Shown here piece by piece: positions 1-8,743 of a DNA stretch of 64,000 nucleotides. A model generated the notes under the pieces. It ran no database searches. It was not told the DNA's origin and worked only from the letters and a program-made list of their open reading frames with translations. The stretch comes from a bacterium (lineage in GTDB: Bacteria; Hinthialibacterota; Hinthialibacteria; Hinthialibacterales; Hinthialibacteraceae). Position 1 is the stretch's first letter. Each line of letters opens with the position of its first letter. A program made the translations under genes and the position numbers. The stretch lies in assembly GCA_963663405.2 (NCBI GenBank), contig CAXXSM010000110.1, positions 1 to 64,000 on the forward strand, in the 5' to 3' direction.

Positions 1-258
1 ATTTGGCGGCGTAGTTCGGTCTGCCAATGCCATAACCGATCGGTGAGTTCATATGGAATGGATTCCACTGTTACGCGTTCAATAGCCGCTAACAGATTGA
101 TGGTTTGCGCGAGGTCATCCGGCTCCAGCAGATACCCTTGCACGAGTTTTGGACCTCGCGATAGGCGGTATGCGGCGCATGGGCCTCCCACTGGGATTGA
201 ACATGATGAATCCGTTCTTGCGCCCATCGAGACGCGGTTCGATTGGGATCGTCCTCAT
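1..258 (-). CDS. 5' part of an unknown gene following the kinase; runs off the left edge; apparently frameshifted
   Basis: ATG at 258 after a G-rich RBS (MRTIPIEP...). The frame QGYLLEPDDLAQTINLLAAIERVTVESIPYELTDRLWHWQTELRRQ stays open to base 1. Joining the pieces needs indels. Confidence 0.3.
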
Positions 259-478
259 TGGATTCCCCCCGGCGCCGCCCCACTTTCATCGCGGGCAGTC
301 CATTCACTACTCGTCTTCGCCGCCGCGTTCTCTCCACCCGCGTCATGCTGAAAACTGCTGAGTAAAATCAAGCCCGACAGGCCGTCTTTGTTCTCAGCGA
401 TGACAGAGGCGGGCGTTCGTGATTCGATCGGTGATCCGCAGGGGGGAATCGGCTAACACCAAATCTTTTTGGCTCGAA

Positions 479-1540
479 TCATTGAATCCATCGCCATACT
501 TGGAATGCCGAATCCATCGCCGCATTATGATCCGTACAAATTCGGCGCGGGGATGATGGCGCCAGGGGCATTAGGACATCCGGGGATAAAACGTCGATCC
601 ACAATGGGGGACAGGGGAGCGCAATATCCGCCGCCTTGTGCAGCAATTCCACCCACCGCGCCATCCCCGGCCGTTTGCGGGGATGGTTGAGCCCTTCACC
701 AAAGGTCTCTTGGCATAGCGCGCGCAGATCCCGGGTTAATACCCACTCTCGTGGAATTCTACGGGCCGAATGATTCCGATCGTCCGCTGGATCGTCTATC
801 CAGGGCCATTTACCCGCCAGGGCTTGGTCCTCCAATTCCGCTTCACCGTCCTGTACAGCGTCGCCCAGTAATGGGTGCTGCATTGTCAGCGTTTCAAACG
901 CGAGCACGGCGAACGCGTGCGCGTCGGTCAGGGTGGTCACCCCACTTTTTTTGTTGACCAACTCCGGCGCGCCATAACCAAAAGTATAGAAGCCGTAGCG
1001 GCCGGCTTCACTTTGGTAGCGCAGGTTATCCGCGTCAATGAACCACACTTCGTGAGCGGATACGTCTTCTGAGACGAAGATGTTATTGGGTGACGGATCG
1101 GCGTAGACCAACGCCTGGCTGTGGAGTTCCAGCAGCGCTTCCGCGGCGCGCGCTAAGAGCCGCAGCCGCCGGGCCATCCCCCCGCCTTCCAGGGTACCAC
1201 TCCGCTGGCGACGCATGGTCAACCCGGCAGATTCATCAACGTCAACAGAGGCGTCATAACCGGTCAGAAATTCCATCACGTAACCGAGATGGGGAGCGCG
1301 CAGCGTTTCCAATGGATGGGCGATGGGGATCCGATCGAGCGGTAAGAGTTGGATCGCTTGTAATTGCGACTCGAGTTGTTCACGGGCTTCGGACGTCGAA
1401 TGAGACGCCAGTTTTACGGCGATCCGCTCATTGTTTGTGAGATAGACAGCGCCCTGCCCCCCCTCCCCGATCTTCTCGGTCAGCCGGTGTGAGCCGCCTC
1501 GTTCGTCGATCGCGACTGGTGGAAATTCTTCCATCATCAA
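479..1540 (-). CDS. Ser/Thr protein kinase of the TerY-P triad; C-terminal Zn-ribbon region frameshifted
   Basis: GEGGQG P-loop, IAVK lysine, YADPSPNN catalytic loop, IDADN, YGAPE. CP-HC-GSTFY...CPW is recoverable by frame correction near 560-615. Adjacent to PP2C and vWA genes. Confidence 0.88.
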   Translation of the reverse strand: MMMEEFPPVAIDERGGSHRLTEKIGEGGQGAVYLTNNERIAVKLASHSTSEAREQLESQLQAIQLLPLDRIPIAHPLETLRAPHLGYVMEFLTGYDASVDVDESAGLTMRRQRSGTLEGGGMARRLRLLARAAEALLELHSQALVYADPSPNNIFVSEDVSAHEVWFIDADNLRYQSEAGRYGFYTFGYGAPELVNKKSGVTTLTDAHAFAVLAFETLTMQHPLLGDAVQDGEAELEDQALAGKWPWIDDPADDRNHSARRIPREWVLTRDLRALCQETFGEGLNHPRKRPGMARWVELLHKAADIALPCPPLWIDVLSPDVLMPLAPSSPRRICTDHNAAMDSAFQVWRWIQ

Positions 1541-2278
1541 TCCTTTCTTTTTTCATACCACAGCAGGGCGATGGTTTTGTCATCGGCGTGGTTGGGGACG
1601 GGCCAGTGGGCGTAATTCATAGGCCAATTCCATCCACCGGCGCCGGGTGGAAGCGGCGCCACGTCTTCTTGGAGATACCGGAGCAATTCATCATACTTAT
1701 CCGGCAGAAGATCGGCTGATACACCGTCCGTCAATAGGACAACCATAGTACCCGGTTTTGGATCGGGGATTTTCTCAATCTTCCATTCCGTTAGATCGGC
1801 TGCGATCCCCAGGCCTGTCGTCTCGTTGGTGAAATCTTTCGATTCCTCTTTCAACGGTGTGATGACGCCTTCTTCGTTTTGGATTAAAATTAATCCATCT
1901 CCCAGCTGCGCCACCCACAACGGGCCGTTCTCGATCGCGGCGGCGAACAGGCAGGTTGCCGCGCTCTCCCGCGGTTCCGCGGGGATGGACTCGTACGCCC
2001 CACATGGTATGGAGCAGCCGGATCGCCAAATCAGGCGGCGCGCCGTTGTATCTCGACCAGTAGCGAAGCGCGTCCATGACCGCCTTGCAGCCCATCTTCG
2101 ATCCCACCGCTGAGTTCGGTTTCGATCCCAATCCATCGCAGACGGCGATCGCTGTCCCAAACGCGCCGCGCGCGCCGGCCCAGGCGTCTTGATTGGGCCG
2201 GCCTTCTTCCATATGCCCAGGGCCTCGCACTGATACGCCAAACCACCGCCAGGAATGGATTAACGAATTCGTTTCCAT
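1537..2278 (-). CDS. PP2C-family phosphatase (TerY-P), split by a frameshift near 1985
   Basis: The N-half (ORF 1775..2314) has SVRGPGH...PNQDA and VCDGLGS. The C-half (ORF 1537..2241) has QLGDG, LLTDGVS and DDKT. Confidence 0.85.
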
Positions 2279-2285
2279 CTCTCGA

Positions 2286-2913
2286 TTATCCCAGTCTGTC
2301 CAAATCAGAACCACTCCCGGCGCTCTGGCTCAACCCCGCGGGTCGTGACGATACGGAAAAATTTGACGAGTTGACAGGCTTCGCTGGCGGGAAACAGCTC
2401 GCCCTCTTGCCCCATCCCCAACAAATTTGTTTCAGGATCTCCTCATCCACGTCCACATCCAATCCGCAACGCAAAATGATCGACTTTCTTCGCCCGCGCC
2501 ACTTCCAAGAGACGTTGTAACGGCGCTCTCCAATCATCCGAGGCCGATCCATCCGAAAAAAGGATCAAAATGGGTTTGTAACCATAGATGTCGTTGCGAA
2601 AGAAATCCTCCAATGTCTCAGCCGCCAATGTAAACGCTCCACCGAGGTGGGTGCAGCCATACCCGGTCAGGTCCTCGCCACGGAAACACGGCCGCCGGTT
2701 GAAAGGGCTGCCACAATGCCGCCTTCCTCTCACCGCCAAACACGATCGCAGCCACGTAGATCTCGGTCTGCTCATCGATCCCTCGTTTAAAGGTATCCAG
2801 GGTCTCGTTGACGGCTTGATTGAGTGTGTCGATCTTCCCTTTCATCGACATGCTGCCGCGCTCGAATCGAGCAGGAGAATGACGGGAAAACGGCGGAGTA
2901 ACATGGACGTCAT
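2286..2913 (-). CDS. terY: Second TerY-like vWA protein, multiple frameshifts
   Basis: Fragments in different frames: RRFPVILLLDSS/GSM (MIDAS), KIDTLNQAV, GCTHLGGAF, YKPILILFSDG, DWRAPLQRLL. Clearly paralogous to 2996..3667. Confidence 0.75.
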
Positions 2914-2995
2914 CAAATCATGTTCCTTTGAATTCCATCAAGAAATGGATTCGAATCGATTGTGTGATTCGGCTGCCAATCACTCCATTCTCCAT

Positions 2996-3667
2996 CTAGC
3001 CAAGCTGCTTGAGATCTGTGGAAATACCCGTAGCATGGTCATCGGGATTGACGCTCTTGCTTCGGAAGCCAATACTCATCGTCAGGAATTTGATGAATTC
3101 GATAATCTGCTTGGCGTCATCGGCTTGGAAGACGGCGCCTCCTTCCGCTTTATTGACAAAATCTTTTAGCACATTCACGTCCGTGTCGCTGCCGACGGAT
3201 AACGCAAAACGATCCCCTTTTAGGGCTCGTTCCGCTGTGAGCAGACGTTTGAGAGGCGTTTGCCAGTCACCCCCGTTGGGCTGCCCATCAGAAATCAGCG
3301 CTAAAACCGGCCGGTATCCCCGGCTGCTCACAATAGAGCGGTCCTCGATCGTATCCGCGGCGATCGTAAACGCCTCGCCCATCGGTGTATGTCCGCTGGC
3401 CGTCATATCCTTCCATTGAAGAGATTTGACTGGCTGCAGCGGCAGGTGCAATTTCCCTCCTTCCCCTCCGAACGTGATGACCGACATATGAATCTCCGCA
3501 CGCATGCCATCGTCTTTTTTCAAGATTTCGATCATGTCTTGCACGGCCTTGTTGAGTGTGTCGATCTTTTCACCATCCATACTGCCACTAATATCCAACA
3601 GTAAAAACACGGGAAGCGGCCGGACAGAGGGGGGAACGAATGATTTCATTTTGCTGCCAGTTTCCAT
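2996..3667 (-). CDS. terY: TerY-like vWA domain protein
   Basis: RPLPVFLLLDISGSM MIDAS, ASGHTPMGEAF, YRPVLALISDGQP. Start moved to ATG 3667 (AAGGA RBS). Confidence 0.9.
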   Translation of the reverse strand: METGSKMKSFVPPSVRPLPVFLLLDISGSMDGEKIDTLNKAVQDMIEILKKDDGMRAEIHMSVITFGGEGGKLHLPLQPVKSLQWKDMTASGHTPMGEAFTIAADTIEDRSIVSSRGYRPVLALISDGQPNGGDWQTPLKRLLTAERALKGDRFALSVGSDTDVNVLKDFVNKAEGGAVFQADDAKQIIEFIKFLTMSIGFRSKSVNPDDHATGISTDLKQLG

Positions 3668-3718
3668 TCGAGTTTCCTTTCTTGATAGAAACGTTGTTGT
3701 GATTCCGTTGGGTAGAGC

Positions 3719-3734
3719 GCATGGATCGCGCCAA
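3719..3734 (-). promoter_or_regulatory. Putative sigma54 (-24/-12) promoter of the TerY-P operon
   Basis: The minus strand reads TTGGCGCGATCCATGC (GG-N10-GC), about 50 bp upstream of the terY ATG. Confidence 0.5.
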
Positions 3735-3779
3735 TTCGGTTCCACATTCGGATTCAACTATTTGTCCGGTTTATTATTG

Positions 3780-3807
3780 AAGTCGCTTGGTCTTCGAATT
3801 TTGGTCA
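3780..3807 (-). promoter_or_regulatory. Possible ECF-type promoter (TGACC-N16-GCGACT)
   Basis: Same -35 element and spacing as the two motifs at 26112-26140 and 27619-27647. Confidence 0.35.
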
Positions 3808-4084
3808 AATTTTTTTTCGATTTTGGATTGGAATACGAAAAAAAGTAGATTTTAGAAGAGGATTTTCAAGAAAGAGATCATGAATAGGGTGAATGCGAAA
3901 CGCCATCGCTGAAATGGAATTGCCGCATTTTATCTTCGCTGATCCATACGAAACGTTGTATCCAGATCCGAGGAACTCAATCCGATTCACGGATTATTGT
4001 GTTTTCAGAAACTGGAGCGAATCGAATCAACAATGATCTGATTTCCGAATCAACAAGGATCCAAGAGAGAATCCATTGGTCATT

Positions 4085-5176
4085 CTATGGACAGGCGCCG
4101 ATTATTCCCAGATCCAGCAAATCTAGATAGATCGAATAGGGGATTTCCAGCAGATTGACCTGATCTCCGCAGTCGATCACGATTGTGATCGGGAGGACTG
4201 GATATTTTGTATAATCCGGTGGATTGGATGGGCCGTTCGTAGTCACATAATCATAGATCTGAGCGGCGATCGCCTGATCCCACGAGATGAAGCCTCCCCG
4301 GTTGATTCCGTTGCCTCCAATGACCGGCGTTCCGTTGAACAGCAGCATCCAGATGACCGCTTGGATTTCGTTGTGTGTGGCGCCGAGATCAATGAATCTA
4401 CCTGAGCGGTAATTGACCAACAAGAAATTGACCAGGTCGAAATTATCTGGATTGTTGACGAGGGAACAGACCGATGTCTTGGAGGAATACACGCCCACGT
4501 TGTGATACCATACGCCCAGGCGAATGATCGTATCCATATCCGCGCACCAGGCGGGATAGATAATCGTGTACAGGTCCGTCACGGCCAGCCAACCATTGAA
4601 ATATCCGCCGAATCCAGGCCAATAATCTCCGTCTCCTGACCCATCGCCGTTCACCATGTACGAGAAGAGATGGATCGTTGTAGCGGATGAACCAGAATAC
4701 CCAGCGTTGTCAAAAACCGTGACTGTGATTGTATAGATTCCATTATCCGCGTAGGTATGGTTCCCCGAAACGGTTCCTCCCCCGGTTCCTTGCGTCACGG
4801 AGCCGGGGAATGTGAAACCGTCCCCCCAATCAATTGTCGCGGTGTGTGTGTCCAGCGTATCCGGATCGGTGAACGATGCTGTCAGTTCCGCTTGAAATCC
4901 CGATATGAGGACTTGGATATCCGGATCGACGCTGGGAGCGGTGTTGACGCTTTGGCTGAATGACAGTTGTCCGACAAATCCGGAATAGAGCGTCATTTGA
5001 CCATTCTCGGACTGAGACGGCCCCGTATCCGCTTCCAGCGCGTCAATCATCGAAACGGCATTCCCGATAAAGGACTGCCCCCCCGACACAAGCCCACTGG
5101 GTAGGATCTCCGAATCAGCCAGAGCGCAGAGCGGGAAAAGAAGAATAGATAGTAATACTCTTATTTTTATGTTCAT
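4085..5176 (-). CDS. Secreted PKD/Ig-like domain protein
   Basis: N-terminal signal peptide. PKD signature FTDPD...ATIDWGDG...HTYADNGIYTITVTV. C-terminal AWCAD...IQAVIW region resembles thioester (TQXA-like) domains (weak). Confidence 0.75.
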   Translation of the reverse strand: MNIKIRVLLSILLFPLCALADSEILPSGLVSGGQSFIGNAVSMIDALEADTGPSQSENGQMTLYSGFVGQLSFSQSVNTAPSVDPDIQVLISGFQAELTASFTDPDTLDTHTATIDWGDGFTFPGSVTQGTGGGTVSGNHTYADNGIYTITVTVFDNAGYSGSSATTIHLFSYMVNGDGSGDGDYWPGFGGYFNGWLAVTDLYTIIYPAWCADMDTIIRLGVWYHNVGVYSSKTSVCSLVNNPDNFDLVNFLLVNYRSGRFIDLGATHNEIQAVIWMLLFNGTPVIGGNGINRGGFISWDQAIAAQIYDYVTTNGPSNPPDYTKYPVLPITIVIDCGDQVNLLEIPYSIYLDLLDLGIIGACP

Positions 5177-5277
5177 TCGTTTTTCTCCTTCAATCATCTT
5201 AAAACCAGCGATCTTGTCCGTTCCATCCCCGATTGAATAGAACGGCGCTGAGCGCTTTGCAGGATGATTGGATGCTC

Positions 5278-8200
5278 TTATGGATCGATTTTATTGGCCA
5301 ACGAATGCACGAGTGATTCCAATTCCGACAGCCGTTGTTTTAGATCTTGGATCTCTTGATCTTTTTGTTTTAACTCGATGTCTTTTTGTTTCAATAGACG
5401 GTAGTTCGCTTGGTTGGCGGCGAGGGAGACACCGATGGCGTCGAGGTTGTTGATTCTCCGTTCGTTGTTCTCTCCATAGCCGAAGATGGCGGCGAAGTCC
5501 TGTGAAACCGGGCCGATGTGGACGATCGAGTCATCTTGTGTGATGAGATTGTATTCAGTAATGGGCATGGAATCGAGTTTTGTAAGCAATTCTTCCCCAT
5601 CGATAGGAACGAAGTTCTCTTTCATATCACGGTCACTGACCGAACTCCACGAACCTCCCCCAGCCGCTAGTTGAACGCCCGATGTCAAGGCCGAATTAGT
5701 ATAGAAAAATACGCCTCCTGCGCTTCTGACGATAAACTGTTTTGTGCCGGTTGAGGCGACATCCGCAGCTGTATTATCTCCCCAAACAAAACAGCCATTA
5801 TGCAACGCTTTCGCCCGATTCCCCGCCGCGAAAGAAGTGGTTCCTTCAGCGGAATTCGTAGATCCTCCCGTAACTGTCGAAGCTAAACCACTAGCGGTGT
5901 TATTTAATCCTCCCCCGACGGTGGCTTTTTCACCTGAAGCAGTGTTTGTATACCCTCCGCCGATTGTCGAAGATAAACCACTAGCGGTGTTATTTAATCC
6001 TCCACCGACAGTGGATTTCTCACCTGAGGCTGTATTCCAAAGACCTCCTGCGACGGTCCCATAATCACCGCTCGCGATGTTGTCATTACCTCCGCCAACG
6101 AATGATCTTGCACCTGAAACTGTATTACCTACTCCTCCTGCGATAGTCCCATAATTTTTAGTCACTTGGTTTAAATACCCACCAGCTATGGTCGCACTAT
6201 GCAATCCTGATGTGACACTATTCCCGCTAAAGCCTCCAATGACATTGGGTCCAAGGCTGTTCGGTTCCAGCCGCATCGCACGTTGACCGTTCACTTTCAG
6301 TTCGAGAGCCTGATTATCAGTCGTTCCAAGAAAATCGGTTCCCGGCGTCGTTCCTGAGTTGCCTGTCAGCCCCCATTTTGAATTGGGATCGAAACCGGTT
6401 AGGGCATCCGCAACATCGGCATGACCTGCATTCGTCGCTTGATCGGCGTTTGTCGCATGGTCAGCGTTTACCGCGTGGTCTGAATTCGTCGCTTGATCGG
6501 CGTTGTCTGCATGATCGGAATCTTTCGCTTTGAATGTATCGGCGGTTAATGTCCCCGTAACCGTAAGATTCCCAACCTCAGCCGTCCCCGAAACATCCAG
6601 ATCACCATGAATAAACGTCCCCCCATTGGCCCGAACCACAAACTGATTCGCTCCCGTCGACTGGATATCCGCATTCGTTCTGTCTCCCCAAACAAAACTG
6701 CCATCATGCATGGATTTTGCCCTTCGCCCCGCCGCGAAACTATAGTCTCCATGAGCGTAATTGTCATATCCTCCCGCGACTGTACTATAGTATCCTCTAG
6801 CGTTATTATTACGTCCTCCCCCGATTATACTATAGTCTCCTTCAACGTAATTAGAATATCCTCCCCCGATTATACTATAGTCTCCTTCAACGTAATTAGA
6901 GTATCCTCCCGCGATTGTACTATAGTTTCCATCATCGTAATTATATTGTCCTCCCGCGATTGTCCCATACAGACCATTAACACGATTATGATCTCCTCCT
7001 GAGACAACTCCAAAACTGGCAGTAACCGAATTGATATACCCTCCACTGACGGTTCCATAATTCTCTGTAATTCTATTGTTACACCCACCGCCTATTGACG
7101 CGCCGTATTTCCCCGCGGTGACGCTATTGCTGTTATGACCGCCTATCACATTAGGAGACTCGGTGTTCGGTTCCAACCGCATCGCGCGTTGATTATTGAC
7201 CCGGAAGTCTAACGCTTGGTTATTACTCGTCCCAAAAAAACCAGTCCCAAAATTTAGATTCCCAACCTCGGCTCCACCGGAAACATCCAGATCACCATGA
7301 ATAAACGTCCCCCCATTGGCCCGAACCACAAACTGGTTCGCTCCCGTCGACCGGACATCCGCATCCGTGCTGTCTCCCCATACAAAACTGCCATCATGCA
7401 ACGCCTGTGCCCTTCGCCCCGCCGCAAAACTATAGTCTCCATAAGTGAGATTTAGATATCCTCCTGCGACTGTTCCAAAGTTTCCTCCCGCCGAATTATA
7501 ATATCCTCCCGCGACTGTACCATAGTTACCTCCCGCGGAATTATGATATCCTCCTGCGACTGTTCCATAGTTTGCTCCAATGTAATTATCATATCCACCA
7601 GCGATTGTACTATAGTTTCCTCCCGCGTAATTAGAATATCCTCCCGCGACTGTTCCAAATAGTACACCAACCTTATTTTCTTTACCTCCTGAGACAACTC
7701 CAAAACTGGCAGTAACCTCATTGATATACCCTCCACTGACGGTTCCATAATTCTCTGTGATTCTATTGTTACGCCCACCGCTTATTGTCGCGCCGTATTT
7801 CCCCGCGGTGACGCTATTGCTGTTATGACCGCCTATCACATTAGGAGACTCGGTGTTCGGTTCCAACCGCATCGCGCGTTGATTGCTGACTTTCAGTTCG
7901 AGCGCTTGATTATCCGTTGTTCCCAGAAAATCAGTCCCTGCCGTTGTTCCCACGTTGCCGGAAAGTCCCCATTTCAAAGCAGGATCGAAACCGGTTAGGG
8001 TATCCGCTACATCGGCGTGATCGGTTTCATTTGCATGCGCCGCTTCCATTGCATAACCAACAACAAGAATCCGCCGATCGGGCGCGAATTGATTGAACGT
8101 GACTCCATCAGAACTGAACCAGATCCGAAGATAGACTTCGGAATTCTCAAACACATCCGGCGTAATTTCCACATTCATGTTTGTGATTTTAGTATCCCCC

Positions 8201-8463
8201 AATCCGACCGAGAACATTCCTTCGTTCACGGGAAGCGAAACCGCGCTTCCAGGGATAAGGTTCGTCCCGATTGTCCCATCGTTACTCCATAAAATCTCCG
8301 AGTTGGAAGTGACAATCGCGAATTTAAAACAGCCCATCCCATCATAGGGCGCGCCGTTCACTGTTACCCGTCCCTGGTATCCAATAATCCCCGGCACCTC
8401 CGCGCTCGCTATAGACGCAAGAACAAATAAACCAATGATGACACGAACCGATTTACCAAACAT
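5278..8463 (-). CDS. Secreted trimeric adhesin/tail-fibre-like repeat protein with C-terminal peptidase S74 intramolecular chaperone
   Basis: Signal peptide MFGKSVRV...ASA with RBS GAGGAGG. Many 15-aa GGxxNxxxGxxSTV repeats. SDRDMKENF autocleavage motif, HIGPVSQDF and a C-terminal coiled coil. Confidence 0.88.
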   Translation of the reverse strand: MFGKSVRVIIGLFVLASIASAEVPGIIGYQGRVTVNGAPYDGMGCFKFAIVTSNSEILWSNDGTIGTNLIPGSAVSLPVNEGMFSVGLGDTKITNMNVEITPDVFENSEVYLRIWFSSDGVTFNQFAPDRRILVVGYAMEAAHANETDHADVADTLTGFDPALKWGLSGNVGTTAGTDFLGTTDNQALELKVSNQRAMRLEPNTESPNVIGGHNSNSVTAGKYGATISGGRNNRITENYGTVSGGYINEVTASFGVVSGGKENKVGVLFGTVAGGYSNYAGGNYSTIAGGYDNYIGANYGTVAGGYHNSAGGNYGTVAGGYYNSAGGNFGTVAGGYLNLTYGDYSFAAGRRAQALHDGSFVWGDSTDADVRSTGANQFVVRANGGTFIHGDLDVSGGAEVGNLNFGTGFFGTSNNQALDFRVNNQRAMRLEPNTESPNVIGGHNSNSVTAGKYGASIGGGCNNRITENYGTVSGGYINSVTASFGVVSGGDHNRVNGLYGTIAGGQYNYDDGNYSTIAGGYSNYVEGDYSIIGGGYSNYVEGDYSIIGGGRNNNARGYYSTVAGGYDNYAHGDYSFAAGRRAKSMHDGSFVWGDRTNADIQSTGANQFVVRANGGTFIHGDLDVSGTAEVGNLTVTGTLTADTFKAKDSDHADNADQATNSDHAVNADHATNADQATNAGHADVADALTGFDPNSKWGLTGNSGTTPGTDFLGTTDNQALELKVNGQRAMRLEPNSLGPNVIGGFSGNSVTSGLHSATIAGGYLNQVTKNYGTIAGGVGNTVSGARSFVGGGNDNIASGDYGTVAGGLWNTASGEKSTVGGGLNNTASGLSSTIGGGYTNTASGEKATVGGGLNNTASGLASTVTGGSTNSAEGTTSFAAGNRAKALHNGCFVWGDNTAADVASTGTKQFIVRSAGGVFFYTNSALTSGVQLAAGGGSWSSVSDRDMKENFVPIDGEELLTKLDSMPITEYNLITQDDSIVHIGPVSQDFAAIFGYGENNERRINNLDAIGVSLAANQANYRLLKQKDIELKQKDQEIQDLKQRLSELESLVHSLANKIDP
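6566..7884. repeat. Intragenic 690-bp tandem duplication containing 45-bp (15-aa) repeats
   Basis: 6566-7194 and 7256-7884 align at a constant offset of 690. A near-exact 45-bp tandem pair lies at 6814-6900. Confidence 0.9.
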
Positions 8464-8506
8464 TACTAGCCTCCTCGTATTAGAAATATTGATGTAATAA
8501 AAATAC

Positions 8507-8547
8507 AAAAAAACCGGACCACCAATAATTACTCCCAGGCGGCCCGG
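8507..8547 (-). terminator. Intrinsic terminator forming the riboswitch expression platform
   Basis: CCGGGCCGCC-loop-GGUGGUCCGG followed by U7. The 5' arm overlaps the 3' end of the aptamer. Confidence 0.75.
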
Positions 8548-8612
8548 CTGTCTCTTCAAAAATTAGACCCGTGGCTTTCCGTCCCTGTCTCACAACAGGT
8601 TTGGCTTTTTCT
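8533..8612 (-). ncRNA. Cyclic di-GMP-I (GEMM) riboswitch
   Basis: The minus strand reads AAAGCCAAACC-UGUU-GUGA-GACA-GGGACGGAAAGCCACGGGUCU...AGACAGCCGGGCCGCC, matching the GEMM-I consensus. It lies in the 5' leader of the adhesin gene. Confidence 0.88.
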
Positions 8613-8743
8613 TACTAAACAAACAATATCCCCAACTTCACTATACAGAATCACAGAACAGTAATACTACTGAAAACAAATCAACACCATTCTATCATAA
8701 CAATCAAATCCACGTAAATGGTATGTTCTGTCAAACAGCGGCT

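Noticed and set aside
1-2950. Pseudogenisation of the TerY-P genes (also WD40, kinase-TPR, FecR and the cdc6 tail)
   Set aside because: Several breaks fall in homopolymer runs, catalytic motifs are intact and the densest errors are near the window edge. Sequencing indels are more likely than decay or programmed frameshifting, though reads are needed to be sure.
5800-7900. 45-bp repeats as a CRISPR array or DGR template/variable pair
   Set aside because: They are in-frame coding repeats without unique spacers. Differences are not adenine-specific, and there is no cas or reverse transcriptase gene in the window.
8464-8559. N-terminal extension of the 1093-aa ORF
   Set aside because: It overlaps the riboswitch and terminator. 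The RBS and signal peptide support a start at 8463.
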